A stretch of 21,072 nucleotides of DNA from Octopus sinensis (GCF_006345805.1 NW_021836776.1:1-21072); one strand, 5' to 3'; positions 1-9,603 are shown, counted from the first letter of the stretch. Notes: generated by a model not told the origin, from the letters alone. Translations and numbers: made by a program.

Positions 1-47
1 GTTTTCTGATTCTCTTCTAAATCTATCGCAATGTTGGAAACTCTTCT

Positions 48-600
48 GTATCGTCAGCAACTATCGCAGGGTCAGAGACATTTTGCCCCCTTAGCCTGTA
101 CACTTCGCTTGAATGGGGCACCGAGTAGTGAACTTGTCTTCGCTTGCACAAGGGAATCCACCTGCGGTCTCTTACCAATCAAAGCTATCTTGAGCTGGTT
201 TGACCTACAATGCTCATCTATTTGGTGGCTTTTTATTCAGTTGTTTGAGTTCTAGACCAGTTTCCTGCAGGAAATGTGCGCAATGACCTAACTGTAAAGC
301 CTCGGCAGCCGACTTCAGTACGGAATGAGGCCGCGTGTCATCTCTTGACAAGGACCTTGTCAATCAAAACTTCATATCTGGTTTTCTTTAGTTGGTGACA
401 AATATAAAGTCTGTACTCTCTGTAAGTTCGACCACGATGATTGTTTTTTTTCTTTTGTATTCCTGGAGACCGGAACATGTCTGGTTCGATTGCTGTTGCT
501 GCTATCGCCTCTTGGAAGTTGAGTTTGCCCTTCAGATTCACTTGCATTTCCCAGTTTGAGCGCGGATATGATGGATTTAGAAGAGTCTGCAAAACATCTG
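48..600 (-). mobile_element. Decayed 3' end of a HERO-like (RLE-class) non-LTR retrotransposon: restriction-like endonuclease domain plus 3' UTR
   Basis: Minus-strand translation across several frameshifts gives WEMQVNLKGKLNFQEAIAATAIEPD..VPVSRNTK..TIIVVELT..HQLKKTRYEVLIDKVLVKR*HAASFRTEVGCRGFTVRSLRTF..SSR*L*LVRD. This follows the PD..ELT..K..KY..EVGCRGF..SRWLWL motif order of HERO/NeSL-group RLE domains. Edges are approximate and the element may run off the window start. Confidence 0.8.
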
Positions 601-690
601 AGTTGCTGTTGCAGATTCTGCATGGGGTAAATCAACTCCAATGCTTATTTCGCCCTCTCTTAATCTCTCGTTCCCCTCTCGCCTCCCTAT

Positions 691-720
691 CCATCTATCT
701 ATCTATCTATATATATATAT
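691..720. repeat. (CTAT)n/(TA)n microsatellite
   Basis: Direct reading. Confidence 0.9.
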
Positions 721-985
721 CTCTAGCTAGCTATCTTTATAAGAAAAATGATCACGTGAAGAAAAGAAAGATGGATGATGGTCACGTGTGAGCAACAAGA
801 GAGATAAAGGAGAAATGGAGAGGAGAGAGAGACAAATAGAAAACGGTGAAGGGAAGAAGAAAAGAGTTAGAGAAAGGATGAGAGAAAAAACGAAAGGGGG
901 AGAGAAAACAGTAAAGGGTAGAGTCGCATCAAAAATATATGAAGATAAACTTACTTGGAAATGGATGTGTGGCGTTCAATCAAAT

Positions 986-1022
986 AATATATAAATGTAT
1001 ATATATATATATATATATAATA

Positions 1023-1055
<33 letters not shown>

Positions 1056-1199
1056 AATTTACAGTGTATTATTTTGCTTAATAGCCCCGTGAACACAGGT
1101 AAAATTCAAGAGAAGAGACAAACTCGACTAAAATATACTAAATGTTATACATACATACACACACATACATATATAAATACATATATATGTGTACACACA

Positions 1200-1230
<31 letters not shown>

Positions 1231-1246
1231 CACACCACACACACAC
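986..1246. repeat. (TA)n microsatellite (about 986-1055) and (CA)n microsatellite (about 1150-1246)
   Basis: Direct reading; explains ORF 939..1340. Confidence 0.9.
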
Positions 1247-1706
1247 GTGTGAGTGGACAAACGAGAGTGGCACTCGACACATTTGTTACGAGTTACATAT
1301 ATCATTTAATAACTGTATGATTCGGCTCTATGCAACTTAAAGTTTCGCAGGCTCATTTACAAGCCTGCCAAGATAGGTCCGTTTGATGAATCAAAATGCA
1401 TACATTAGATTTCATACAGTTCCCCCAAATAATGGGATGATTATAAACCTAATTATATGTCGCAAACTCCGTCACCGGTGTGGTTTCGAAAGGTTCGGAT
1501 GAACCCCCCACGGTGCCTTGTACGTATATGTAATTTACATGTGCATGTGCACACAAACGCAAATTTGACGTCAATACAGCGTCTATTGAAGTATGAAACC
1601 CCTCAGTCAAAATCATGGCTCCACCCACGTATACAAGCCGAGATTTTACAGCATGTTTACTTACTTTCTGAAACGTAATTTTTGAGTCTGAAAAAACCTG
1701 GTTACC

Positions 1707-1709
<3 letters not shown>

Positions 1710-1737
<28 letters not shown>

Positions 1738-1881
1738 AGTGGTGTGTGTGTGTGTGTGCGTGCGTGTAATGCACAGAAATTATCACTCTAGACTTAAAAA
1801 TTGCGTTTCATAAATTTTGCTTCATACTGAAGAGGCTGTAAGCTAATATTTTAATAAGTATTACAGTAACTGTGGCAGTAC

Positions 1882-1915
<34 letters not shown>
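1710..1915. repeat. (TA)n/(GT)n (about 1710-1768) and (CTAT)n (about 1883-1915) microsatellites
   Basis: Direct reading. Confidence 0.9.
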
Positions 1916-1962
1916 TTGGTATGTTATATTATATAACAAAAACATTATCAAGCATATATATA

Positions 1963-2185
1963 TATTTCTTTACTACCCACAAGGGGCTAAACACAGAGGG
2001 GACAAACAAGGACAGACAAACGGATGAAGTCGATTACACTGACTCCAGTGCGTAACTGGTACTTATTTAATCGGCCACGAAAGGATGAAAGGCAATGTCG
2101 ACCTCGGCGGAATTTGAACTCAGAACGTAACGGCAGACGAAATACGGCTACGCATTTCGCCCGGCGTACTAACGATTCTGCCAGC
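1963..2185 (-). mobile_element. tRNA-derived SINE, family A (octopus-type), missing the first few nucleotides
   Basis: Reverse complement of the copy at 3435-3665. A-box-like TGGCAGAATCG, B-box GAGTTCAAATTCC, 3' end GTAGTAAAGAAATA. Confidence 0.9.
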
Positions 2186-2458
2186 GTTAATCGAAACATG
2201 AACAAGCAAAAAAAAAAAAAACCAACAAAAAACGTGAAATAAGTATAGTGTTATTGGACGCTCAGGAAAGGAAAGAAAAGAAAGATATCACGTTTCGAGC
2301 GGAGCTCTTCATCAGAAATATAGAAAAGGTCCACAGAAGAGAAGACGGAGAAAGAAAATCGCTAACTATACACATGCGGTCACATATTGAAATGACCGGA
2401 AGGGAATGGGTGAAGAAAAAGTTCTTTCAAAGACAGGAGAGTGCAAGAGAAGGAGGTA

Positions 2459-2625
2459 TGTGTATGTATGTGTAGGTATGTGCGTTCGCGCAGGTGTATG
2501 TGTGTGTGTGTGTGTATGTGTGTGCGTGTGTATATATGTGTGTGCGTGTGAGTGTATGTGCGTGTGTACATGTGTGTGTATGTGCGTGTGTATTTTGTCT
2601 GTGTGTGCATGTGCATGTATGTGTG
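2459..2625. repeat. Degenerate (GT)n microsatellite
   Basis: Direct reading; explains ORFs 2380-2742. Confidence 0.9.
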
Positions 2626-2691
2626 AACGAAGGGGGTATAGGTTCGTTATATAAATATATATACTTTATTAAAAGCAGTAGAAATATCACA

Positions 2692-2737
2692 AAAACTGTT
2701 ACTCTGAGTTTCACGTTCCCGTTCGTCGGACAGTTTT
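2692..2737 (-). ncRNA. Minimal type I hammerhead ribozyme copy with a core mutation (CCGACGA instead of CUGANGA)
   Basis: Minus strand reads AAAACTGT-CCGACGA-ACG-GGAA-CGT-GAAA-CTCAGAG-TA-ACAGTTTT: perfect 8-bp stem I, 3-bp stem II with a GGAA tetraloop, but a U4C change. Confidence 0.65.
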
Positions 2738-2744
2738 GTTAGAT

Positions 2745-2895
2745 TCTAACAAAACTGGTCTGACGAACAGGAACGTGAAACTCTGAGTAACAGTTTTTGT
2801 GATATTTCTACTGCTTTTAATAAAGCATATTTTGTACCTCTGGTATTTGAGTACTCTTTTTTCCATCTTGTTTCACATTTATATGCTTACTCCTG
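2745..2895 (+). mobile_element. Probable Penelope-like pseudo-LTR or non-autonomous hammerhead-bearing repeat fragment
   Basis: The hammerhead-bearing right arm continues into non-repetitive sequence up to a (TA)n run. Minimal hammerheads and inverted partial pLTR copies are established features of Penelope-like elements. The 3' boundary is inferred. Confidence 0.5.
2751..2797 (+). ncRNA. Minimal type I hammerhead ribozyme of the Penelope-like-element type
   Basis: AAAACTGGT-CTGACGA-AC-AGGAAC-GT-GAAA-CTCTGAG-TA-ACAGTTTT. Intact CUGANGA and GAAA core, GUA cleavage triplet (cut after 2789), stem I with one bulged G, near-palindromic stem III ACTCTGAGT. Confidence 0.75.
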
Positions 2896-3434
2896 TGTAT
2901 ATATATATATATATATATTAGATATATTAGATATATTATTTACATGCATATTAAGGAAATAGGGACACAGGGAGTCCAAACGAATACCGAGTCAGCACTC
3001 AATAAGAGATCTTGCTCAACAGAATATACAGGTAAGGAAATCAGTAAAAATTTATTCCGTTAATCCAAATAACATTCCTCACAAACCGTAAATCCTGGGA
3101 AAATACTAATCATGAGGTTGGTACTACCATCGTAGAATATGAAAGTAACAAAGAAATATTTAATTGCTGATGAGTGTTTCAATAATCTCTATATAAATAA
3201 GCCACGAAAACCTGGAAACCGGCATTATTAGTCTATGACTGAGAAAGGAGTGATTTTTTAAAAATACGATATTTAATGAAAGTTCTATTAATCATGTCTA
3301 CAGACTAGTTTGCAAATGGTCGTCGTTGATGTTAAAGACATTCTACTGATTAATGAAACAATCATCAGTGATTAAAAAATATGTAATACCACATTCTTCA
3401 TTCTTTTGTTTACTTTATATATGTGTGTGTATAA

Positions 3435-3665
3435 GGCGGCGAGCTGGCAGAAACGTTAGCACGACGGGCGAAATGCGTAGCCGTATTTCGTCTGTCGTTA
3501 CGTTCTGAGTTCAAATTCCGCCGAGGTCGACTTTGCCTTTCATCCTTTCGGGGTCGATAAATTAAATACCAGTTACGCACTGGGGTCGATGTAATCGATT
3601 TAATCCCTTTGTCTGTCCTTGTTTGTCCCCTCTGTGTTTAGCCCCTTGTGGGTAGTAAAGAAATA
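3435..3665 (+). mobile_element. tRNA-derived SINE, family A, full length
   Basis: Starts GGCGGCGAGCTGGCAGAAACG (A-box-like), B-box GAGTTCAAATTCC, GTCGA-N5-TCGA hairpin, ends GTAAAGAAATA, followed by a TA/GT repeat. Same family recurs at 1963, 7223, 8514-9286 and 17321. Confidence 0.92.
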
Positions 3666-3809
3666 TATATGTGTGTGTATATTCACACACATGTATACAT
3701 ATATACATACATGTGTATATCGAACATCTCGTAGGTATAAATACATATACATACATGATGTGTGCGTGTGCATGTTTGCATGTGTATGTGTGTGCGCGCG
3801 TGTTCATGT

Positions 3810-3849
<40 letters not shown>
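3666..3849. repeat. Mixed (TA)n/(GT)n microsatellite
   Basis: Direct reading. Confidence 0.9.
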
Positions 3850-3852
<3 letters not shown>

Positions 3853-5016
3853 GTGGGACAGTAAGTTACAATTTCCTTACTTAATCATAGGAAGCTTACT
3901 TTCGCCCATGTTTGCCTTTTGACACGTCATCGATTGTGGGCGCCATCTTTGGGCAATTTAGAATGCACATACCACAAAAATATTCTTTCAGCCCCAAAGA
4001 ATACCAACACCCCCATTAAAACTAATGCATATTCCAGAGAGCAAAAGCCTTTTCGTCATCACAGGCCGCAAAATTTATGAGGCATTTATCTTCACCCACT
4101 AATTCTCTTGCGAGACAATATGGAAGTGTATCTCATCCACCGTGTGACTGGTTCCTGTATCGCATTTTCTGGTGCGAAAAATGCTAGCGTTGACAGTTCA
4201 ACGACCTTTAGTCCTCTTCATTGCAATAAGGTCTGAAAATTAATTTGGGAGGAAGTTGGAGATGGTCTACGTGAGGTTTATTTGGTGGTCATTGGACTTA
4301 ACTAATTGCAGCTTTAAAAAATATTGTCTAGACCTGTGCGGATCATTTCGCCCACTCTTACAAGATATGTAATCTATTTTAATAATTTAGTTACACACCT
4401 GTGTTTAAACATATTTATACACGCGCACTCACACGTGCGAACGCGAAAGAGACTTTTAGCGAACAGTTGGCAGCTTATTTCCATTCTATTATAAATAAAG
4501 TCTATTTTTATTCCAGCGCGTTTGTTTTCTTTAATTTTGAATATAACTGGTTTTCAACATTTATGTTAAATCAACATGGCAGCACCGAAAATGGTGAAAT
4601 ACAAGAAAAAGTACAGGCTATCCCCCAGTAGAAACCATCTCTTCGTTTATATTAACTCTACTTCGAGCTCGTTTCAGCTCTGTTTTGAACTTAGTTCTGT
4701 GAGAAAAATGAATGAAGGATCAATTAATCTGCAGTTTCACAGCAGTTATTCGCACTTACTTATGGAGCCTATAGATAGATAGGTGAACGAGCCAACGAAG
4801 GAATCTCGAAACGACCACTCGACTAACTAGAAATGCAACCGAATTCCCTCACATCACACCCTACCGTCCAAATGAATGAATGAATTAATAAATTCAATAC
4901 GTAAATAAGGAATAGATTAGCTGATATAATCCTAGATATACATAAAACAGAATATTCACGGCTGGAATGATTTTGGTCATAGGTCAACTCAATCCACACT
5001 GATTCAAGAAGATAAA

Positions 5017-5071
5017 ACAACTACAACAACAACAGCAGCATCAACAACAACAACAGCAGCAGCAGCAGCAG
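5017..5071. repeat. (CAA)n/(CAG)n trinucleotide repeat; a related (AAC)n..CAG tract lies at 5283-5320
   Basis: Direct reading. Confidence 0.9.
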
Positions 5072-5223
5072 CCGTTCAGGAATTTGGACCTGGAGATCTC
5101 CATTTCCAGCGACTTCGAGGGCCACCTCCCAGTGGTATCGGGCGTCGACGAAGAGCCCTCGACTACAACAAGACGACCAAAGTTTTCTTTTTCCCAAGGT
5201 CTGGGGTCTCCCGCCCCTAAGCC

Positions 5224-5258
5224 TTAGGTGATGGTCTAAGCTTTAGACCATCACCTAA
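5224..5258. other. Perfect 16-bp-stem hairpin with a 3-nt loop
   Basis: TTAGGTGATGGTCTAA-GCT-TTAGACCATCACCTAA. Confidence 0.95.
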
Positions 5259-5684
5259 TCACCCTTACCTGTATTGTTGCTTAACAACAACAACAACAAC
5301 AATAAGAGCAGTAGCAGCAGTGGATATGTAATTTAAGCTAACGAGAGCTAAATGTCTTTTTCCGTAAACACATTCCTGGTTGAATGCAATCCTGATTCTT
5401 TGACCAGTAGTCCGGCATCCAAACGATACAGCCATCCGTAACTTAATTACAAAACAAGCACCTGCTGTCTTATCAACATCCGATTTAGTCAGAGTATTTC
5501 TGTAGCTTATCAGATTCTCTATTACGCATTAGAATGGTATTTGAGACTGAAAGAAAACAGTGTAAAAAACAAAGAAAAAAAAACAGCATCAACAATAATT
5601 ATCTTTTACTAATCTGTTAAATTTGACGCCATCACATCCAAACAAGGAATAACCAACGAATCTATGATTTATATTTGGATTAAG

Positions 5685-5861
5685 CAGTGGCGTAGCTAAG
5701 TGTGTGGAAGTGTATGGGTGAGTGGTCCGCCCTGGGCGACGCTTTTATGAAGGCGTCACTTTGGGGTCTGCTCTAGAAGCCTGTGTAGGCTGTATTACGG
5801 TGGGGTGGAGGAGAGTAAACTCAAAGGTGGCCCCGGGTGGCACACACTGGTTACACCACTT
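5685..5861. mobile_element. Probable hAT-type MITE, decayed
   Basis: Imperfect terminal inverted repeats CAGTGGCGTAGCTAAGTGTGTG and CACACACTGGTTACACCACTT. The 8-bp flanks GGATTAAG and GGGTGAAC match at 5 of 8, a possible eroded TSD. Confidence 0.5.
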
Positions 5862-5975
5862 GGGTGAACATCATGCTCGAAAGAGCAATCTTTCGGTCAC
5901 CCTTTTTTTGGGGGAATGGAAATCTCTCACTTCCTCTTTCCGTTTTCTGCTTTCATTCTCTCTCCCTACTCTCAC

Positions 5976-5978
<3 letters not shown>

Positions 5979-6048
<70 letters not shown>
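5979..6048. repeat. (CT)n microsatellite
   Basis: Direct reading; explains ORFs 5722-6319. Confidence 0.95.
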
Positions 6049-6051
<3 letters not shown>

Positions 6052-6612
6052 AAGGCTCTGTTCCTCATTCCGATTCGTATTTCTTCCTGTCTCATTCGTA
6101 TTGTTTTTCTATTCTTTCTCTCTCTTGAAATGTCTTTTTCTCTGTTGTACTTTTTTCGTTTCTATAAATGATGCCAGAAATACCACTTGTTTGGATTGTT
6201 CTTGTTTAAATAGTAATGATACGACACTCGTTATGCTAATTACGGCAGGGATTAATTACACCAGTTTAAAGGAAACTCTACAATCAAACCTTATTAAATT
6301 CGTCCTCGACAATTTTTGACGTCTCTTGCGGTAAACATCAATTACACAAGCAATTGTCGTAAACAACTAACTAAACACTGTAATATAAGGGATTCATATG
6401 TCCGTGGCAACAGTTCGTGTTCTATCATCGATTTTATGTTGCACTAAACAAAAGGATATTTCATTCCCAAATGGCAAACATTATTTTTGGATTAATGGGT
6501 TCAAATTCACTTGTAATAAAAATTATTCAACAATTCTCATTAACCCTTTGTTTGTCCTGTATATCACCTGTGACACACAGGACATGTTTCCCTTGTGTCC
6601 ATGCTTCATATA

Positions 6613-7028
6613 TCTCTTTACTCTCTCTTTTACTTGTTTCAGTCATTTGACTGCGGCCATGCTGGAGCACCGCCTTTAGTCGAGCAAATCGACCCCAGGA
6701 CTTATTCTTTGTAAGCCCAGTACTTATTCTATCGGTCTCTTTTTGCCGAACCGCTAAGTTACGGGGACATAACACACCAGCATCGGTTGTCAAGCAATGC
6801 TAGGGGAACAACACAGACACACAAACATATACACACACATACATATATATATATACATATATACGACAGGCTTCTTTTTTAGTTTTCCGTCTACCAAATC
6901 CACTCACAAGGCATTGGTCGGGGCCCGGGGCTATAGCAAAAGACACTTGCCCAAGATGCCACGCAGTGGGACTGAACCCGGAACCATGTGGTTGGTAAGC
7001 AAGCTACTTACCACACAGCCACTCCTGC
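6613..7028 (-). mobile_element. tRNA-derived SINE, family B (CORE-like central domain), near full length
   Basis: Reverse complement of 7547-7964: GCAGGAGTGGCTGTGTGG head, GGTTCAGTCCC B-box, TTGGGCAAGTG core, internal TA/GT repeat, AAGTAAAAGAG tail. Confidence 0.92.
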
Positions 7029-7222
7029 TGATACACATTACCAAGTTTCTTCAACCACTACAGTAACTTGGGTCTTATATGAACAAAGTTTTATATTACT
7101 CAGAACATATGAAAAAAGGGCCAGCTAAAAACCTGGAAATAACCATTGACGTTTGGGACAAACTTATGACAAGGCTTTGGATAGGTAAAGGGTTTAAGGA
7201 AAGCACTTCGATGAAATATTGA

Positions 7223-7433
7223 TTTCAAATTTTGGCACAAGGCCAGCAATTACGGGGGAGGAGATAAATCGATTACAACGATCCCAATGTTCAACTGATT
7301 TTTTATTTTAGCGATCCCGGAAGAATGAAACGCAGAGTCGACCCCGACGGAATTTGATCCCAGAATGTAAAGACGGACGAAATGCCGCAAAGCATTTCGT
7401 CCGGCGTGCTAATGATTCGGCCAGCTCGCCGCC
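7223..7433 (-). mobile_element. Older, diverged family A SINE
   Basis: GGCGGCGAGCTGGC head on the minus strand with a recognisable B-box and body; different 3' end (CAAAATTTGAA). Confidence 0.8.
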
Positions 7434-7546
7434 TTCTTCGATAAAATATTAATTATTAATGTTCTTAATTATAGTATACTTTCATAAAGTATGTCATTGG
7501 AGAATATGATAATGTTTCGAGAATTTTATAGATATAGAATTTTATA

Positions 7547-7964
7547 GGCGCAGGAGTGGCTGTGTGGTAAGTAGCTTGCTAACCAACCACATGGTTCCGG
7601 GTTCAGTCCCACTGCGTGGCATCTTGGGCAAGTGTCTTCTGCTATAGCCCCGGGCCGACCAATGCCTTGTGAGTGGATTTGGTAGACGGAAACTGAAAGA
7701 AGCCTGTCGTATATATGTATATATATATATGTGTGTGTGTGTGTTTGTGTGTTTGTGTTTGTCCCCCCTAGCATTGCTTGACAACCGATGCTGGTGTGTT
7801 TATGTCTCCGTCACTTAGCGGTTCGGCAAAAGAGACCGATAGAATAAGTACTGGCCTTACAAAGAATAAGTCCCGGGGTCGATTTGCTCGACTAAAGGCG
7901 GTGCTCCAGCATGGCCGCAGTCAAATGACTGAAACAAGTAAAAGAGTAAAAGAGAGTAAAGAGT
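7547..7964 (+). mobile_element. tRNA-derived SINE, family B, full length
   Basis: GGCGCAGGAGTGGCTGTGTGGTAAG head, B-box, core, internal microsatellite, GAGTAAA-repeat tail. Confidence 0.92.
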
Positions 7965-8151
7965 ATAAGATGGCGGACAAAGTGAAAGAAACTACATTGA
8001 ATCAAAGTGAAGGAAAACAAACGGGCATAACTAGGGTTTGTGGCTCCCTTATGGACTATTATTTTCTCATACCTTTCTTCATAATGTTTATTTCCTATTT
8101 TTGTTTGTGGTAATTTCGAAGATCATCTCTTATCTTTCATCCCGGGGCATC

Positions 8152-8400
8152 CGTTTGAAGGGTTTTGGTCGAACAAATCGACCCCAGTATTTATTTTTTA
8201 AAGTTTGATACTTATTCTATAGGACTCTTTTGCTAGCCGCCAAGTTACGAGGACGCAAACAAACTAACACCGCTTGTCAAGCGATGGTGGTTGTGGTGGT
8301 GGTGGGTACAAGCACAGACCCAAAGACAAACACACAAATGCAACTGAACCCAAAAGCACGTGGTTGTAAAGCGAAGTTTCTTAACCCCAGCCATGTCTGT
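8152..8400 (-). mobile_element. Old family B-related SINE with an internal deletion
   Basis: Diverged matches to the family B 3' half (GTCGAACAAATCGACCCCAG, ACTTATTCTAT, TTGTCAAGCGAT) and to the head (GAACCC..ACGTGGTT). Confidence 0.6.
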
Positions 8401-8513
8401 GACTATGTTGATAAAGGATTAATTTTTGCTTTACTTTCATGAAAGACGTGCATATCTTTTAACCACCCAACAACATACTTATTATCATTGCATATCATGA
8501 AAAAATACTTTCT

Positions 8514-9286
8514 TATTTCTTTATTGCCCACAAGGGGCTAAACATACAGGGGACAAACAAGGACAGGCAAAGGGATTGAGTCGATTACATCGACGCCAGT
8601 GCGTAACTGGTACTTAATTTATCGACCCCAAAAGGATGAAAGGCAAAGTCGACCTCGGCGGAATTTGAACTCAGAACGTAACGACAAATGAAATACCTAT
8701 TTCTTTACTACCCACAAGGGGCTAAACACAGAGAGGACAAACAAGGACAGACAGACGGATTAAGTCGATTAAATCGACCCCAGTGCGTAACTGGTACTTA
8801 ATTTATCGACCCCGAAAGGATGAAAGTCAAAGTCGACCTCGGCGGAATTTGAACTCAGAACGTAACGGTAGACGAAATACCTATTTCTTTATTACTCACA
8901 AGGGGCTAAACACAGAGGGGACAAACAAGGGCAGACATAGGTATTAAGTCGATTACATCGACCCCAGTGCGTAACTGGTATTTAATTTATTGACCCCGAA
9001 AGGATGAAAGTCAAAGTGAACCTCGGTGGAATTTGAACTCAGAACGTAACGGCAAACGAAATACCTGTTTCTTTACTACCCACAAGGGGCTAAACACAAA
9101 GGGGACAAACAAACGGATTAAGTCGATTACATCGACCCCAGTGCGTAACTGGTACTTAATTTATCGACCCCGAAAGGATGAAAAGCAAAGTCGACCTCAG
9201 CGGAATTTGAACTCAGAACGTAACGGCAGATGAAATACGGCTACGCATTTCGCCCGGCGTGCTAACGTTTCTGCCAGCTCGCCGCC
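8514..9286 (-). mobile_element. Family A SINE tandem array: one head (9239-9286) plus four bodies with 184-bp period
   Basis: Units start at 8514, 8698, 8882 and 9066; only the last carries the GGCGGCGAGCTGGCAG head. Confidence 0.95.
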
Positions 9287-9309
9287 TTAAAAAAATACTT
9301 AAAATATAC

Positions 9310-9603
9310 TTTCTGCCAAGGTCTAGTTTGCCTTTCATCCTTCCGGAGTCGATAAAATAAAATACCAGTCAAGTACTGGGATTGACTTCGCCCCTCCCTA
9401 AAAATTGCTGGTTTTGTACCAAAGGTGGTAAGCTGGTTGAATCGTTAGTGAGTTGGACAAAATGCTTAGCGACATTTCTTTCGGTTCTTTACGTTCTGGG
9501 TCCAAATTCCGCTGAGATTGACTTCACCTTTCATCCTATCGGAATCTATAAAATAAGAACCAGTTGAGCACTTAAAGTTGCTGGCCTTGTGTCAAAATTT
9601 GAA
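9310..9603 (+). mobile_element. Two decayed family A-related SINE fragments (about 9310-9422 and 9428-9603)
   Basis: Diverged TTTGCCTTTCATCCTT..GTCGATAAAATAA and TTCTGGGTCCAAATTCCGC motifs, with GCTGG..CAAAATTTGAA ends. Confidence 0.6.

Larger units (their letters stand above)
2664..2825. repeat. Long inverted repeat: arms 2664-2743 and 2745-2825 with a 1-nt spacer
   Basis: Arms are reverse complements apart from 3 substitutions and 1 indel. Confidence 0.95.

Noticed and set aside
261-363. Palindromes TTTCCTGCAGGAAA and TTGACAAGG-A-CCTTGTCAA; also AGATTGTAA-TAT-TTACAATCT at 13873-13893
   Set aside because: Short and isolated; the first two lie inside the decayed LINE coding region, and there is no evidence of function.
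753-788. Two TCACGTG E-boxes 30 bp apart; also a CRE palindrome TTGACGTCAA at 1565-1574
   Set aside because: Short motifs without supporting context; expected by chance.
3167-3235. CTGATGAG..CACGAAA, resembling a second hammerhead core
   Set aside because: A weak stem II is possible, but I could not build stems I and III around any NUH triplet. At most a decayed relic.
788-6319. Many ORF-track peptides rich in YI, HT, CV, SL or ER repeats
   Set aside because: They are translations of (TA)n, (CA)n, (GT)n and (CT)n microsatellites, not genes.
8514-9286. Regular periodic array suggestive of CRISPR
   Set aside because: The whole 184-bp unit repeats, there are no unique spacers, the context is eukaryotic and there are no cas genes.
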